From: Candidatus Omnitrophota bacterium
Lineage (GTDB): Bacteria > Omnitrophota > Gorgyraeia > Duberdicusellales > 4484-171
DNA: 58,529 nt
Direction of reading: 5' to 3'
Assembly (NCBI GenBank): GCA_014729775.1
Contig: WJJJ01000016.1
Span: 1 to 58,529, forward strand
Shown: one piece after another, positions 45,550 to 55,004 of the stretch
Position numbering within the stretch: the stretch's first letter is position 1
How the letters are laid out: each line of letters starts with the position of its first letter
Notes under the pieces: model-generated
The model's input: the letters and a program-made list of their open reading frames with translations, nothing else
Database searches by the model: none
Told to the model about the DNA's origin: nothing
Made by a program: the position numbers and the translations under genes

Positions 45550-46032
45550 GTGAGACATCCTATCGTTTTTTTCTTTTCGCTCTCAGTGTTGTCATTCGTT
45601 TGTTCTGGGTATCAGTATGAAAGCTTCGAATGGAACGATACCCGGGAGGAAACGGAACAGGACGTGCTGGTGCGGGAGAATCACATTGTGTTTGCTGACG
45701 AGGAGCACATTGTATACCAAGACAAAAAATATCGGCATCCCTGCACGGTGACCTTATCGTTCGATTCCGAAGACCGGTTGCTGGAGAAGGTCTCCGTGAA
45801 ATGGGACACGACAGAGGTCGGACCGCGCGTGAGGCAAGTGCTGACCGGGAAGTACGGGAAGCCGTATTCGCGCAGCGCCTATGGGCAGTCCTATTTATGG
45901 CGGGATCCGCAAAGAGACGAAGTCGTGCGGCTCAATTACAGCGTGCGGTCCACCGAGCTCACGTATTTCGGGAAGAAGTTTTATCAGAAGCACCGCGGAC
46001 CGGACAAAGGATGGAAGGGAACCGCCTGGTAG
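45550..46032 (+). CDS. hypothetical exported protein
   Basis: SD GGAGG, hydrophobic N terminus, LTGKYGKP. Confidence 0.7.
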   Translation: MRHPIVFFFSLSVLSFVCSGYQYESFEWNDTREETEQDVLVRENHIVFADEEHIVYQDKKYRHPCTVTLSFDSEDRLLEKVSVKWDTTEVGPRVRQVLTGKYGKPYSRSAYGQSYLWRDPQRDEVVRLNYSVRSTELTYFGKKFYQKHRGPDKGWKGTAW

Positions 46033-46048
46033 ATTCGGGCAAAGTTCC

Positions 46049-47581
46049 ATGGTATGTAAACTGTTATCGCTTGGATGGAAAGGGTTGGACGTCTATCCGG
46101 TATGCGTAGAGGTCGACGTGCACCGGGGGCTGCCCGCGGTGTCATTGGTAGGCTTGCTGGATACGGCCGCAAAAGAGAGTAAGGACCGGATACGGGCGGG
46201 GATCAAAAACAGCGGGTATGAATTCCCTTCGCGGCGGATTACCGTGAGTCTGGCTCCGGCCTCCAGGAAAAAAGAAGGGTCTCATTTTGATCTCGCGATG
46301 GCTCTGGGGATTCTCTCTGCCTCGCAACAGATCGTTTTTTCCCGTTTGTCTTCTTATTGCATTGCCGGGGAACTTTCCCTGGAAGGTGAGGTCAGGCCGG
46401 TAAAGGGTATTTTCCCCATGGCGCTTTACGCCCGCGAAGCACAGAAAACTCTCATCCTTCCCGAAGAAAACGTGAAAGAGGCCGGGTGCGTCCACGGTCT
46501 CACGCTTTATCCGGTTAAGACGCTGCAGGAGGCGGTCAGTTTTCTGTCCGGATATGCGACCCGCCGGCCGTATACGATCAACTACCGGGACCGGCAAGGG
46601 GTAACGCCCGCGCAGGAAGGGGATTTCGGGGAAGTAAGGGGACAGATATTCGCGAAGCGGGCGCTGGAAGTCGCTGTGAGCGGAATGCATAACGTACTGC
46701 TTATCGGACCTCCCGGCGTGGGGAAAACGATGCTCGCACGCAGGGTTCCTTCGATATTGCCGTCGATGTGTTTTGAAGAAATGCTGGAGGTTACCCGGAT
46801 CTACAGCGTGACCGGCCTGCTTCGGCCGCACGAATCTTTAATACGATCCCGCCCCTTTCGGGCGCCCCATCATACGTCCTCAAGCGTGGCGCTTGTGGGG
46901 GGAGGAGTGCAGATTCAGCCGGGCGAAATCACTCTCTCTCATCGCGGCGTGCTGTTTCTCGATGAACTTCCGGAATTCAACCGAAGCACGCTGGAAGCAT
47001 TGCGTCAGCCTTTGGAAGACGGCGCGGTCCATATTTCGCGCGCCGCGCACCGTGTCCAGTATCCGTCAAGATTTCTGCTTGTCGCCGCGATGAATCCCTG
47101 TCCCTGCGGATATTACGGCTCCCGGGATAAAGCCTGTCATTGTTCCAGCTCTCACATTCAGAAATACCGTAATAAAATTTCAGGGCCGCTGCTCGACCGG
47201 GTTGACGTGCACGTGGAATTAGCCGATGTGAAAACCGACGAGCTTATGGAGCCGGAATCACTGGAGGAGGGCTCAGCGCAAATCCGGGAAAGAGTGGAAG
47301 CCGCGCGTAAGATCCAGCAGTCCCGTTTTCGACGCGAACGAATAAAATTCAACTCTCAAATGAACGCGAAACAGCTTCATCGTTATTGCGTGCTGGACAG
47401 CGGCTCCAAAGAGTTACTGCGAAAGGCGATCGGTCATTTTGGAATGAGCGCCCGGGCGTACCATAAGGTCCTGCGGGTATCCCGGACCATCGCCGATTTA
47501 AATAAAAGAGCGCAGATCAGCGTTGATGATGTGGCCGAAGCCACACAATACAGAAGTCTTGATAAGAATCTTTGGGTGTAG
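46049..47581 (+). CDS. comM: ComM/YifB Mg-chelatase-like AAA+ ATPase
   Basis: GPPGVGKTML, RPFRAPHH, LFLDELPEF, AMNPCPCG, SGPLLDR; start MVCKLL. Confidence 0.93.
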   Translation: MVCKLLSLGWKGLDVYPVCVEVDVHRGLPAVSLVGLLDTAAKESKDRIRAGIKNSGYEFPSRRITVSLAPASRKKEGSHFDLAMALGILSASQQIVFSRLSSYCIAGELSLEGEVRPVKGIFPMALYAREAQKTLILPEENVKEAGCVHGLTLYPVKTLQEAVSFLSGYATRRPYTINYRDRQGVTPAQEGDFGEVRGQIFAKRALEVAVSGMHNVLLIGPPGVGKTMLARRVPSILPSMCFEEMLEVTRIYSVTGLLRPHESLIRSRPFRAPHHTSSSVALVGGGVQIQPGEITLSHRGVLFLDELPEFNRSTLEALRQPLEDGAVHISRAAHRVQYPSRFLLVAAMNPCPCGYYGSRDKACHCSSSHIQKYRNKISGPLLDRVDVHVELADVKTDELMEPESLEEGSAQIRERVEAARKIQQSRFRRERIKFNSQMNAKQLHRYCVLDSGSKELLRKAIGHFGMSARAYHKVLRVSRTIADLNKRAQISVDDVAEATQYRSLDKNLWV

Positions 47582-47602
47582 TGCGTTCGCTAACCGAAAG
47601 GA

Positions 47603-48037
47603 GTGAGCATGAAGAAATTATCTGGAATGTTACTGCTCATCATAGGATGGGTGTTCTTATCCCAGGGATCCCTTTACGCCGGTGACTGGCAGGGGCTGGT
47701 TCACGATAAGTATTCGCGGACCGAAGGGCATTTACGCCTCTGTCCCCGGGAGATCGAGGGGACGGGACGGTTTGTCGGCAAAAAATCAGGGTTTTACCGC
47801 CTTCCGGGACGGATTCTCATTTACAACACAACCGAAGAAGTGATTCTTGCCGGGGTTTTCGGCCGGATCGCGCCGGGCGGCGCGAGAGTGGAGAGCCTGC
47901 GTAACCAGACCTCGCTTGTAACTTTCGAAGGGATCGAGAGCGGCAAAGTGTACGGACAGGCGTCGCTGGGGCCGACTTCACAGGGAACCACGGTCATCGT
48001 GCGGGAGAGCGGGATCGAGTATCGCGGAGTAGACTGA
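47603..48037 (+). CDS. hypothetical exported protein
   Basis: SD AAGGAG and signal peptide (LYA-G). Confidence 0.7.
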   Translation: MSMKKLSGMLLLIIGWVFLSQGSLYAGDWQGLVHDKYSRTEGHLRLCPREIEGTGRFVGKKSGFYRLPGRILIYNTTEEVILAGVFGRIAPGGARVESLRNQTSLVTFEGIESGKVYGQASLGPTSQGTTVIVRESGIEYRGVD

Positions 48038-48087
48038 GTGAAATAATCTGTTGCTCCCGAAGAAGATTCTCTTTATAATAATAATTT

Positions 48088-48543
48088 ATGAATAATATTA
48101 TGTGGGAAGACCTTCTCACGAACAGAGTGTTATTCGTCACTTTCCTGGGTTGGATCACCGCTCAGGGGATTAAGATCATTCGCGGGATCGTCACGGAAAA
48201 AAGGTTCAATTTTTACTGGCTGCTCAGGACGGGAGGGATGCCGTCGGCGCACAGCGCCGCGGTTGCCGGCTTATCCTATGCCGTAGGAAGAGAGTCCGGC
48301 TTCCAGTCGCCGTTATTCGGTTTGAGCTGTGTGTTCGCCCTGATTACGATGTTTGACGCCCAAACCTGGCGCCGGTCGATCGGCGTGCAGGCGAAGATTT
48401 TAAACGGAATGATGGAAGATATTTATGAAAAAAGAAAAGTAGGCGAAGACCGTCTGCGCGAATTGGTAGGGCACACGCCGGTGGAAGTGCTCGTGGGAGC
48501 GTTGCTCGGGGTATGTATGGCATGGGCGGTTTATCTTTACTAA
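48088..48543 (+). CDS. divergent PAP2 family protein (DUF212)
   Basis: TGGMPSAHSA, LRELVGHTPVEV. Confidence 0.92.
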   Translation: MNNIMWEDLLTNRVLFVTFLGWITAQGIKIIRGIVTEKRFNFYWLLRTGGMPSAHSAAVAGLSYAVGRESGFQSPLFGLSCVFALITMFDAQTWRRSIGVQAKILNGMMEDIYEKRKVGEDRLRELVGHTPVEVLVGALLGVCMAWAVYLY

Positions 48544-48577
48544 GAGCGCGAAGGTCCTTTTCAGGAGGAGGAGGAAG

Positions 48578-49402
48578 ATGAAATATGTAAGCTGGAAATC
48601 CTGTCGTTTGATCGCTGTGCTCTGTCTGGCCGCGCCTTTGGGCTTTCTTTCCTGCGCGGGAGGGGAAACGCCGCGCGAGGTGACGACCGAAGTCGAAACC
48701 GGAGGACCTTCGGAATTCATGGAGGAGGCGGCCCAGGCCGAGAAACGGGGAGAGCTCGTGGTCGCGAAGAAATATTATCAGCGGGCTAAAGAGCGGATGG
48801 ACAACAGCGCGAAACTGAATGATATTCAACAGAAAATAGAAGACGTGAATATTCGGATCCTGTTTTCTCCCGTGCCGACCGAATGCAGTACCACGTACAC
48901 CGTCGAACCAAATGACGCGCTGGTAAAAATCGCGAAAAAATTCGATACCACCGTGAATCTGATCAAACGGGCAAATAATCTCGAATCCGACATTATCATC
49001 CCGGGGCAGGAACTGAAAGTGAATACCTGTCCTTTTTCGCTCGCGGTGGATAAATCCCAGAATCTTTTGTTTCTTAAACAGGAAGGGGAAATCCTAAAGA
49101 CCTATACCGTGTCAACGGGGAAGAACAACAGTACTCCGGTAGGGACGTTCAAGGTGGTCAATAAGCTTAAAAATCCCACCTGGTTCCGGACCGGCGCGGT
49201 CATTCCGCCGGATAGTCCCGAAAATATTTTGGGCACGCGATGGATGGGATTTGACGTGACCGGATACGGGATCCATGGGACCAAAGATCCGGATAATCTC
49301 GGCAAGCAGGTGACGCTGGGGTGTGTGCGGATGAGGAATTCCGACGTGGAGGAGCTTTACGATATTATTCCTACCGGAACGGAAGTAACGATTATTGATT
49401 AG
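48578..49402 (+). CDS. LysM-domain L,D-transpeptidase lipoprotein
   Basis: Lipobox FLS-C, LysM (YTVEPNDALVKIAKKF), YkuD motif GIHGT...TLGCVRM. Confidence 0.92.
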   Translation: MKYVSWKSCRLIAVLCLAAPLGFLSCAGGETPREVTTEVETGGPSEFMEEAAQAEKRGELVVAKKYYQRAKERMDNSAKLNDIQQKIEDVNIRILFSPVPTECSTTYTVEPNDALVKIAKKFDTTVNLIKRANNLESDIIIPGQELKVNTCPFSLAVDKSQNLLFLKQEGEILKTYTVSTGKNNSTPVGTFKVVNKLKNPTWFRTGAVIPPDSPENILGTRWMGFDVTGYGIHGTKDPDNLGKQVTLGCVRMRNSDVEELYDIIPTGTEVTIID

Positions 49403-49414
49403 AGGGAGCATGCA

Positions 49415-50368
49415 GTGATGCAAAGTTGGGATTTTGAAAAGCCGGTTCTTGAACTGGAGCATAAAATCGAAGAACTCAAGACTTTTTCCTCGGAAAAAGA
49501 AGTGGATCTCACCGGAGAAATCCGGAATCTCGAACAGAAACTCAGCAATCTCAAAAAACAAGTCTATTCTCAGCTTACGCCGTGGCAGAAGGTGCAGATC
49601 TCACGGCATCCGCAGCGGCCGACGACGCTGGATTATGTTCAGCTGATCATGGAGGATTTTGTCCCGTTGGCCGGAGACCGGTTGTTCGGCGAGGACCGCG
49701 CGCTCATCGGGGGGTTCGCGAAGCTTGGCGGGAGAAAGATCATGCTGCTGGGACATCAGAAGGGAAAAGACACCAAGGAAAACGTGGAGAGAAATTTCGG
49801 ATGCGCTCACCCGGAAGGATACCGGAAGGCGTTGCGCTGTATGCGGCTCGCGGAACGGTTTTCGCTTCCGGTAGTATGTTTGATAGACACTCCGGGGGCT
49901 TATCCCGGGATCGGCGCCGAGGAGCGAGGTCAGGCCCAGGCGATCGCAGAAAATATCCGTGATATGTTTTCTCTCCGCGTTCCGATAATCGTGGCAGTGA
50001 TCGGCGAAGGGGGCAGCGGCGGAGCGCTCGGGATCGGAGTGGGCGACCGGGTCTGCGTCATGGAATACGCGTATTATTCCGTCATTTCTCCGGAGGGCTG
50101 CGCCGCGATTCTCTGGAAAGACGCGGCAAAGCGGGAATCCGCTGCCAGCGTGCTCAAATTAACCGCTCCGGAACTGCAGAAGCTCGGGGTAATCGATCAG
50201 GTGATCCCTGAACCCGAAGGCGGCGCGCACCGTGATTATCAAGGCGCCGCTCAGAATTTGCGGGCCGCGCTGACCGAGCATTTAACGGCACTTTCTTCCG
50301 AGCCCATAGAGAACGTGAGGGCGTCTCGCTACGAGAAATTCAGAAGAATAGGGCTGTTTCAGGAATGA
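49415..50368 (+). CDS. accA: acetyl-CoA carboxylase carboxyltransferase alpha subunit
   Basis: RHPQRP, PEGYRKA, DTPGAYPGIGAEERGQ, GEGGSGGA. Confidence 0.97.
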   Translation: MMQSWDFEKPVLELEHKIEELKTFSSEKEVDLTGEIRNLEQKLSNLKKQVYSQLTPWQKVQISRHPQRPTTLDYVQLIMEDFVPLAGDRLFGEDRALIGGFAKLGGRKIMLLGHQKGKDTKENVERNFGCAHPEGYRKALRCMRLAERFSLPVVCLIDTPGAYPGIGAEERGQAQAIAENIRDMFSLRVPIIVAVIGEGGSGGALGIGVGDRVCVMEYAYYSVISPEGCAAILWKDAAKRESAASVLKLTAPELQKLGVIDQVIPEPEGGAHRDYQGAAQNLRAALTEHLTALSSEPIENVRASRYEKFRRIGLFQE

Positions 50369-50895
50369 TCCAGAAGCTGACAATTTTGGGATTCCTTAAA
50401 AATCAACCCGCCTCCGGCTACGATATCAAAAAATTTATCCAGAAAGAACTGGGGATTTTCTCCTCTTTGGAAACGCAGTCCATTTATTACCCCCTCAAGA
50501 AAATGGAGGAAGCGGGGTTTTTGCGAAAAGAGGAGCGCAAGGGCGAGAAACATCTGAAGAAATATAAATATTATCTTACTGCCGCGGGAGAAAAAGAGTT
50601 TTACCGTCTTTCCTCGCAGGCGCTGCTTTCTAAGAAAAGGCCGTTCATGGAAGTTGATATCCCTCTCTATTTTCTTCCCCATCTCGATGCCAGATCGTTA
50701 ATCGCGCGGTTGCGGGTGAGACGGCAGTTCTTGAAAAAAGCCAAATCCTGGTTGAGAGACAAACTAAAAATACAAGATGAGTTTCTTCCCCACCAGAGAC
50801 TGATCCTTACTCATCATCTTGAACTTCTGCAGGTGGAAGAAAATTATATTCAGGAGATAATCGATCACGTGCGCGGCCGGGACGGCAAATCATGA
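50365..50895 (+). CDS. PadR-family transcriptional regulator
   Basis: ILGFL...GYDIKK...SIYYPLKKME...YYLTAAG. Confidence 0.9.
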   Translation: MIQKLTILGFLKNQPASGYDIKKFIQKELGIFSSLETQSIYYPLKKMEEAGFLRKEERKGEKHLKKYKYYLTAAGEKEFYRLSSQALLSKKRPFMEVDIPLYFLPHLDARSLIARLRVRRQFLKKAKSWLRDKLKIQDEFLPHQRLILTHHLELLQVEENYIQEIIDHVRGRDGKS

Positions 50896-50914
50896 AAGAA
50901 AATGTCTTTCGGCC

Positions 50915-50993
50915 TTGCCGGGAGCGCGCCGCTATACTATAATTTATAATGATACGAAAAAAATTCTAAATAAATCATATATTTTGACGATAA
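50915..50993 (+). promoter_or_regulatory. tandem sigma70-like and sigma28-like promoters
   Basis: TTGCCG-17-TATAAT (50915-50943) and TAAA-15-GACGATAA (50967-50993), one mismatch from the FliA consensus TAAA-N15-GCCGATAA. Confidence 0.55.
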
Positions 50994-51367
50994 TGAATGT
51001 GAAGAGTATCTGTGTTCTCTATGAAAAATTGTACGCGCTCATCCGCGACCAGCATCAGGCTGTGAGAAGCGAAGAGTACGAACTGCTGGCCGAGTTAACT
51101 CAGCGAAAGAAAACACTCGTGCACGAGCTGGTTGAAGGTGAAGAGCGACTTCCCCGAGGGGAGCGTGCCGCGGCGGAAGCGGATTTGAGTTCATGGAAAG
51201 GGAAAATCGCTCAGGCTGAAGAGGAATTCAAGTCCTGCATAAAACAAGCAGGTGCGGAAGTCGAAAGGCAGCTGCGCGAAATTCGACAGGTGCGCAAGAC
51301 CCGTAAAAACGTTTCTTCTGTTTACGACGAGAAGAAACGAAAACCGAACATCAATACACAATGGTAA
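50993..51367 (+). CDS. FliT/FlgN-like helical chaperone-type protein
   Basis: LYEKLYALIRDQHQAVRSEEYELLAELTQRKKTLVHEL pattern; start ATG 50993 or GTG 50999. Confidence 0.6.
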   Translation: MNVKSICVLYEKLYALIRDQHQAVRSEEYELLAELTQRKKTLVHELVEGEERLPRGERAAAEADLSSWKGKIAQAEEEFKSCIKQAGAEVERQLREIRQVRKTRKNVSSVYDEKKRKPNINTQW

Positions 51368-52107
51368 CGCCGGCATCGAAAAAATCCGGAACGAAGAAAA
51401 AGGTGCTTCTTATCGGCGGAATTGTCGCGGTGCTTCTTGTCGGAGTCCTCATCGGGTTGATCCAAACAAAAAAATCAATGGTTTCCCGGCGTCAGGCGGA
51501 GATCCAGGAGCAGGAGCAGGAAGAGATTCAGCGGGAGGCTCTGCTGGAATCCGGAGAACTGCATCTTTCTCCGGAAGAGATCATCGAGCGGGAAGAAAAA
51601 ATCGCCGGGGAAGAGCTGAGCGTGTCTGAGTTTCAGGTTCTCGAAGAGGATGACCCGGAGGAAGAGCCCGCCAGCGTGTCGCGAGTGACGAAATCAGAGA
51701 TCCGCGCCGCGGCAATAGGTGAGCTGGAAGGGATCCTTCACCGGGTGCTCCCCGAGGGAAACCCGTCTTTGGTCTATTTGACGTTGACCAGAATGCAGCA
51801 AAAGGGAATTGATCCGATCTCGGCACTGAAAGAGGAGATCTTGAACAATCCCGATAACGCCGATATCCGAAAAAACGCGATCATCGGGTTATTTTACGTG
51901 GGAGGCAAGGAAGTGGTGCCGTTGTTGAAGACCGCGGCTAAAGTCGATCCTGTGCCCGAAGTGCGGGAAATCGCGTTATTCTGTCTGGATTATCTGGCAC
52001 GCGGAGAAGAGGCGTCTTTTTTTAAAGAGGTTGCGCAGTCAGATCCTTCCGAAAAGGTGAAAGAGAGAGCGGAGCGGTACTGGAAAATCAGGAGTACAGA
52101 TCAATGA
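51361..52107 (+). CDS. membrane-anchored HEAT-repeat protein
   Basis: N-terminal TM helix, acidic linker, HEAT-like units (DIRKNAIIGL, EVREIALFCL, KVKERA). Confidence 0.8.
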   Translation: MVTPASKKSGTKKKVLLIGGIVAVLLVGVLIGLIQTKKSMVSRRQAEIQEQEQEEIQREALLESGELHLSPEEIIEREEKIAGEELSVSEFQVLEEDDPEEEPASVSRVTKSEIRAAAIGELEGILHRVLPEGNPSLVYLTLTRMQQKGIDPISALKEEILNNPDNADIRKNAIIGLFYVGGKEVVPLLKTAAKVDPVPEVREIALFCLDYLARGEEASFFKEVAQSDPSEKVKERAERYWKIRSTDQ

Positions 52108-52540
52108 GAATTCCGCGAATTTCTCCGATCTTATCGAGAAGGGCGAGGTTGTTGATTTCTTTGTCCAAGGCCAGTTTCAGCAGCTCTTCCAATTGGTTAT
52201 CTACGTTTTCCACCAGGATAAACACGTTGTGTTTGCCTTTCGGCGAAAAGTCGATTTTTTCTTTCAGGAGATACACGTTCTTTATGACCAGTTCAAGAAA
52301 TTTCCGGACGAGGGTTTTGTATTGGAGCACGCTTTCCAGTGTCCTTTTACGCAAAAGCATTTGTCCCTGGGCGTCGATGTCGACCAGCAAATTTTTCAGA
52401 CGCTGTTTGATTTCTTCTTTCAGTGAATCTTTCAAATCATGGCGGAAGGATGAATTGGCCTTGTTCTTGGCGACTTTTCGGGAAGTGTCCGCCGCGGGAA
52501 GGGTGGTATGAAACGAATGGTGGTTCCGTTTTATTCTCAT
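52088..52540 (-). CDS. YaaR/DUF327 family protein
   Basis: LLVDIDAQGQML, YKTLVRKFL, IGEIRGILIDL. Confidence 0.85.
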   Translation of the reverse strand: MRIKRNHHSFHTTLPAADTSRKVAKNKANSSFRHDLKDSLKEEIKQRLKNLLVDIDAQGQMLLRKRTLESVLQYKTLVRKFLELVIKNVYLLKEKIDFSPKGKHNVFILVENVDNQLEELLKLALDKEINNLALLDKIGEIRGILIDLYS

Positions 52541-52561
52541 GTAGTTAAAGAGTATCGTATT

Positions 52562-53227
52562 TTGATTCGGAAGTCAACTGCTTTGATGGGCGTGCTCTTC
52601 GCGGCGGCCGTTCTCTGTTCGGGATGCGGTCCCCGGCCGCTGGTGACCAGAAACTACTATTTGATCGACGGATATTCCTTGTACGATGTCCGGGATGTCG
52701 GGGTGCTGCCCTTCACGAGCGGGAAAGACTATTCTCCCGAAATCCTGGAGAAATGCCGTACGATCTTTGTGTCGGAGCTTCGCCGGCGAAACGAGTACAG
52801 GCCTCATTTAGTGACCTCGCGGGACCTGACAAATTTTGAGGATACGCGGCATCTTGACGCCGTGGTCCGGGGGCACGTGATCTATTACGATCCCGCGGAG
52901 CCTTTTCGTTTCGGGCTCCAGGTCGAGATGGAGGATTTGGAAACGGGACAGATTCTCTGGAGCACCTCGCATATCTTTGATGCGCGTCTGAAAGACGTTG
53001 TCCAAGGGGTAAAAGGATATTACCGGGAAGTTCTGTACCCGCATCATCCGCTTTTAGGGCACAAATATATTCTTCTTTCTATGGATAAATTCATCGCGTT
53101 TTCCTGCAGTACGTTGGTTGATACTTTGCAGAATGAACAGGAGCCCGAAAAGCAAGCCGGGAGTTCGATACCAGAAGGAAATTTGAAGGCCCGACCGGGA
53201 AGAGAGGTGAGAAACGATGAAAGGTAA
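52562..53227 (+). CDS. lipoprotein of unknown function (alpha/beta, CsgG/PelC-like layout)
   Basis: Lipobox CSG-C, VGVLPF, DAVVRGHV, DLETGQILWS; start uncertain (TTG 52562 or ATG 52586). Confidence 0.75.
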   Translation: MIRKSTALMGVLFAAAVLCSGCGPRPLVTRNYYLIDGYSLYDVRDVGVLPFTSGKDYSPEILEKCRTIFVSELRRRNEYRPHLVTSRDLTNFEDTRHLDAVVRGHVIYYDPAEPFRFGLQVEMEDLETGQILWSTSHIFDARLKDVVQGVKGYYREVLYPHHPLLGHKYILLSMDKFIAFSCSTLVDTLQNEQEPEKQAGSSIPEGNLKARPGREVRNDER

Positions 53228-53633
53228 AGTTGCGTATATTCTTCTGGCAGCGGTATGGGCGATGCCGCTGGAGGCGGTGACCCGTGATTTAAAAAGCGCC
53301 AAGCCCCGGACGATCGAGGTTCAGGAAGAAGTCTGGGTGAAAAAAAACGAGGATCTGGAAAACCTGCGGAACAAAATTCTCCGTTTGGAAACAGAACTGC
53401 GTGTCTCCCGCGCGGAGATCGTGCGCCTTGAAGGCGAGTTGGAGCAGGCGTATGCGCAGAAAGAACCGGATAAGACCTATTCTGTCAGAGAAGGAGATAA
53501 TTTATGGAAGATTTCCCGGCGATTTTATAACGATCCCTACAAGTGGCTGTGGGTATTTAAGGCCAATATGGATCAGATCACCGATCCGGACCAGATTTAT
53601 CCGAAGCAGGTGCTGGAAATACCCCGATATTAA
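53217..53633 (+). CDS. exported coiled-coil + LysM protein
   Basis: Signal peptide; YSVREGDNLWKISRRFY...IYPKQVLEIP. Confidence 0.9.
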   Translation: MKGKVAYILLAAVWAMPLEAVTRDLKSAKPRTIEVQEEVWVKKNEDLENLRNKILRLETELRVSRAEIVRLEGELEQAYAQKEPDKTYSVREGDNLWKISRRFYNDPYKWLWVFKANMDQITDPDQIYPKQVLEIPRY

Positions 53634-53638
53634 ATCGA

Positions 53639-54784
53639 ATGAGTATGAAAAGAGTGTTAATTTTATTGTGCGCGGCGCTCATTTGCGGGAACGCGTGGAG
53701 TCAGAACGGCTCTCCTCAAGAAGTCCAGGATGATTTTCGTACCCGCTGGGAAAAGGTTCAGGAGAAATATCTGAAGGATTTTCGCTGTGAACGGGAAAAA
53801 GCGGAACGGCTGCAGTATATCAGCGAGCTGTTCGAACGCGGCAAAGATGAATTTTTCTCGCAGGATTATCCCCGGGCGATTGTTCTTTTTCAGAAGGTGA
53901 TCGAACTGGAAGGAAAAGAAGCTTGCCGGAAATATTCCTCTCTCGCCGAGCAATTTTTAAAGGAGAGCGCCGTGCGGCTGGAAGGACACGTGCAGCGAAA
54001 GGCGCGGGAAAAATATCAGCTGGATTTCGGACGATTATCCGACGGAACCGAAAAGCTTCTCGAACAGACCGGCTATAAACCGACCCTTACCTATCTTGAA
54101 CCCGAACCTACCGAAGAAGAAAAGCAGCTTGCCGAACTGGAAAAACAGCTGGAACTGCAGAGAGCCGAGATGCGGGCCCAGAAAGAAATGATGGAGCTGG
54201 AGCTCAAGCAGGAAGAGATCGAGAAACAAAAAGTAATCGAACGGCAGCGTTTCGAAGAGAGAAGAAAAGAGATCGAACGGGACGCGAAAGTGCAGGAAAA
54301 GCTGCTAGTGCTGCGCCGTTTATACCGGGAGAAAAAATATCCCCAGGCAATGAAGGTGATCGAAGAAATCCTTGAGTTGGATCCCCGCCAATACGAGGCG
54401 CTGAGAAAGAAGGAATCGATACTCGCCTACCGCAGACGCAAAGAACTGATCGCCAAGCGAAAACAGGAAGCGCAGGAGCGGGAGCGAAAGAGAAAAGAGG
54501 CTGCGGAACGGCGCGAAAGGGAAGCCGAGCAGAGAAGAAAAGAGGCTGAGCGGCGCCGGAAGGAACAGGAGGAAAAAGAACGGCAGGCGCGGCTTCAGAG
54601 AAAAATTGATACCTTACTCAGCAAGGCGGAAGAGTTGATCTTTCAGGAACAATACCGTGCCGCCGCGGAAGAATTAAATCAAGTCCTGGAGCTGGACAAG
54701 GATAATGAGGAAGCGCTTCAGCTCCTTGATTATATCATGCTTAAGCTTCAGGAGATCGCCGAAGAACTCGTCCCCGAAGAATAA
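53639..54784 (+). CDS. exported TPR / charged-helix protein
   Basis: Signal peptide AWS-Q; three TPR-like units separated by E/R/K-rich helices. Confidence 0.85.
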   Translation: MSMKRVLILLCAALICGNAWSQNGSPQEVQDDFRTRWEKVQEKYLKDFRCEREKAERLQYISELFERGKDEFFSQDYPRAIVLFQKVIELEGKEACRKYSSLAEQFLKESAVRLEGHVQRKAREKYQLDFGRLSDGTEKLLEQTGYKPTLTYLEPEPTEEEKQLAELEKQLELQRAEMRAQKEMMELELKQEEIEKQKVIERQRFEERRKEIERDAKVQEKLLVLRRLYREKKYPQAMKVIEEILELDPRQYEALRKKESILAYRRRKELIAKRKQEAQERERKRKEAAERREREAEQRRKEAERRRKEQEEKERQARLQRKIDTLLSKAEELIFQEQYRAAAEELNQVLELDKDNEEALQLLDYIMLKLQEIAEELVPEE

Positions 54785-55004
54785 ACTCCTTTTCAATCTT
54801 CCGAAGGCGCTTCGCTCCTTCATTCCGCAGGGCTTTCCTGCCCGGCACCGAAAACTCCGAATGAATTATTGAATACTTTTACGATTATGATAATATAGGT
54901 ATGAAAACGGGGAAATTGAATGTTTTCACGCCTTCGCGTGCCGTGAAGCGAAGCCCGCTTCGCTCTATTCCATGATAGAAAACCATAAGCCAAGGGAGGA
55001 TACG

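Noticed and set aside
45881-46048. N-terminal extension of comM (similar extensions on the oxidoreductase subunits, TrmJ-like and PilZ ORFs)
   Set aside because: They overlap upstream genes and family similarity starts at later start codons.
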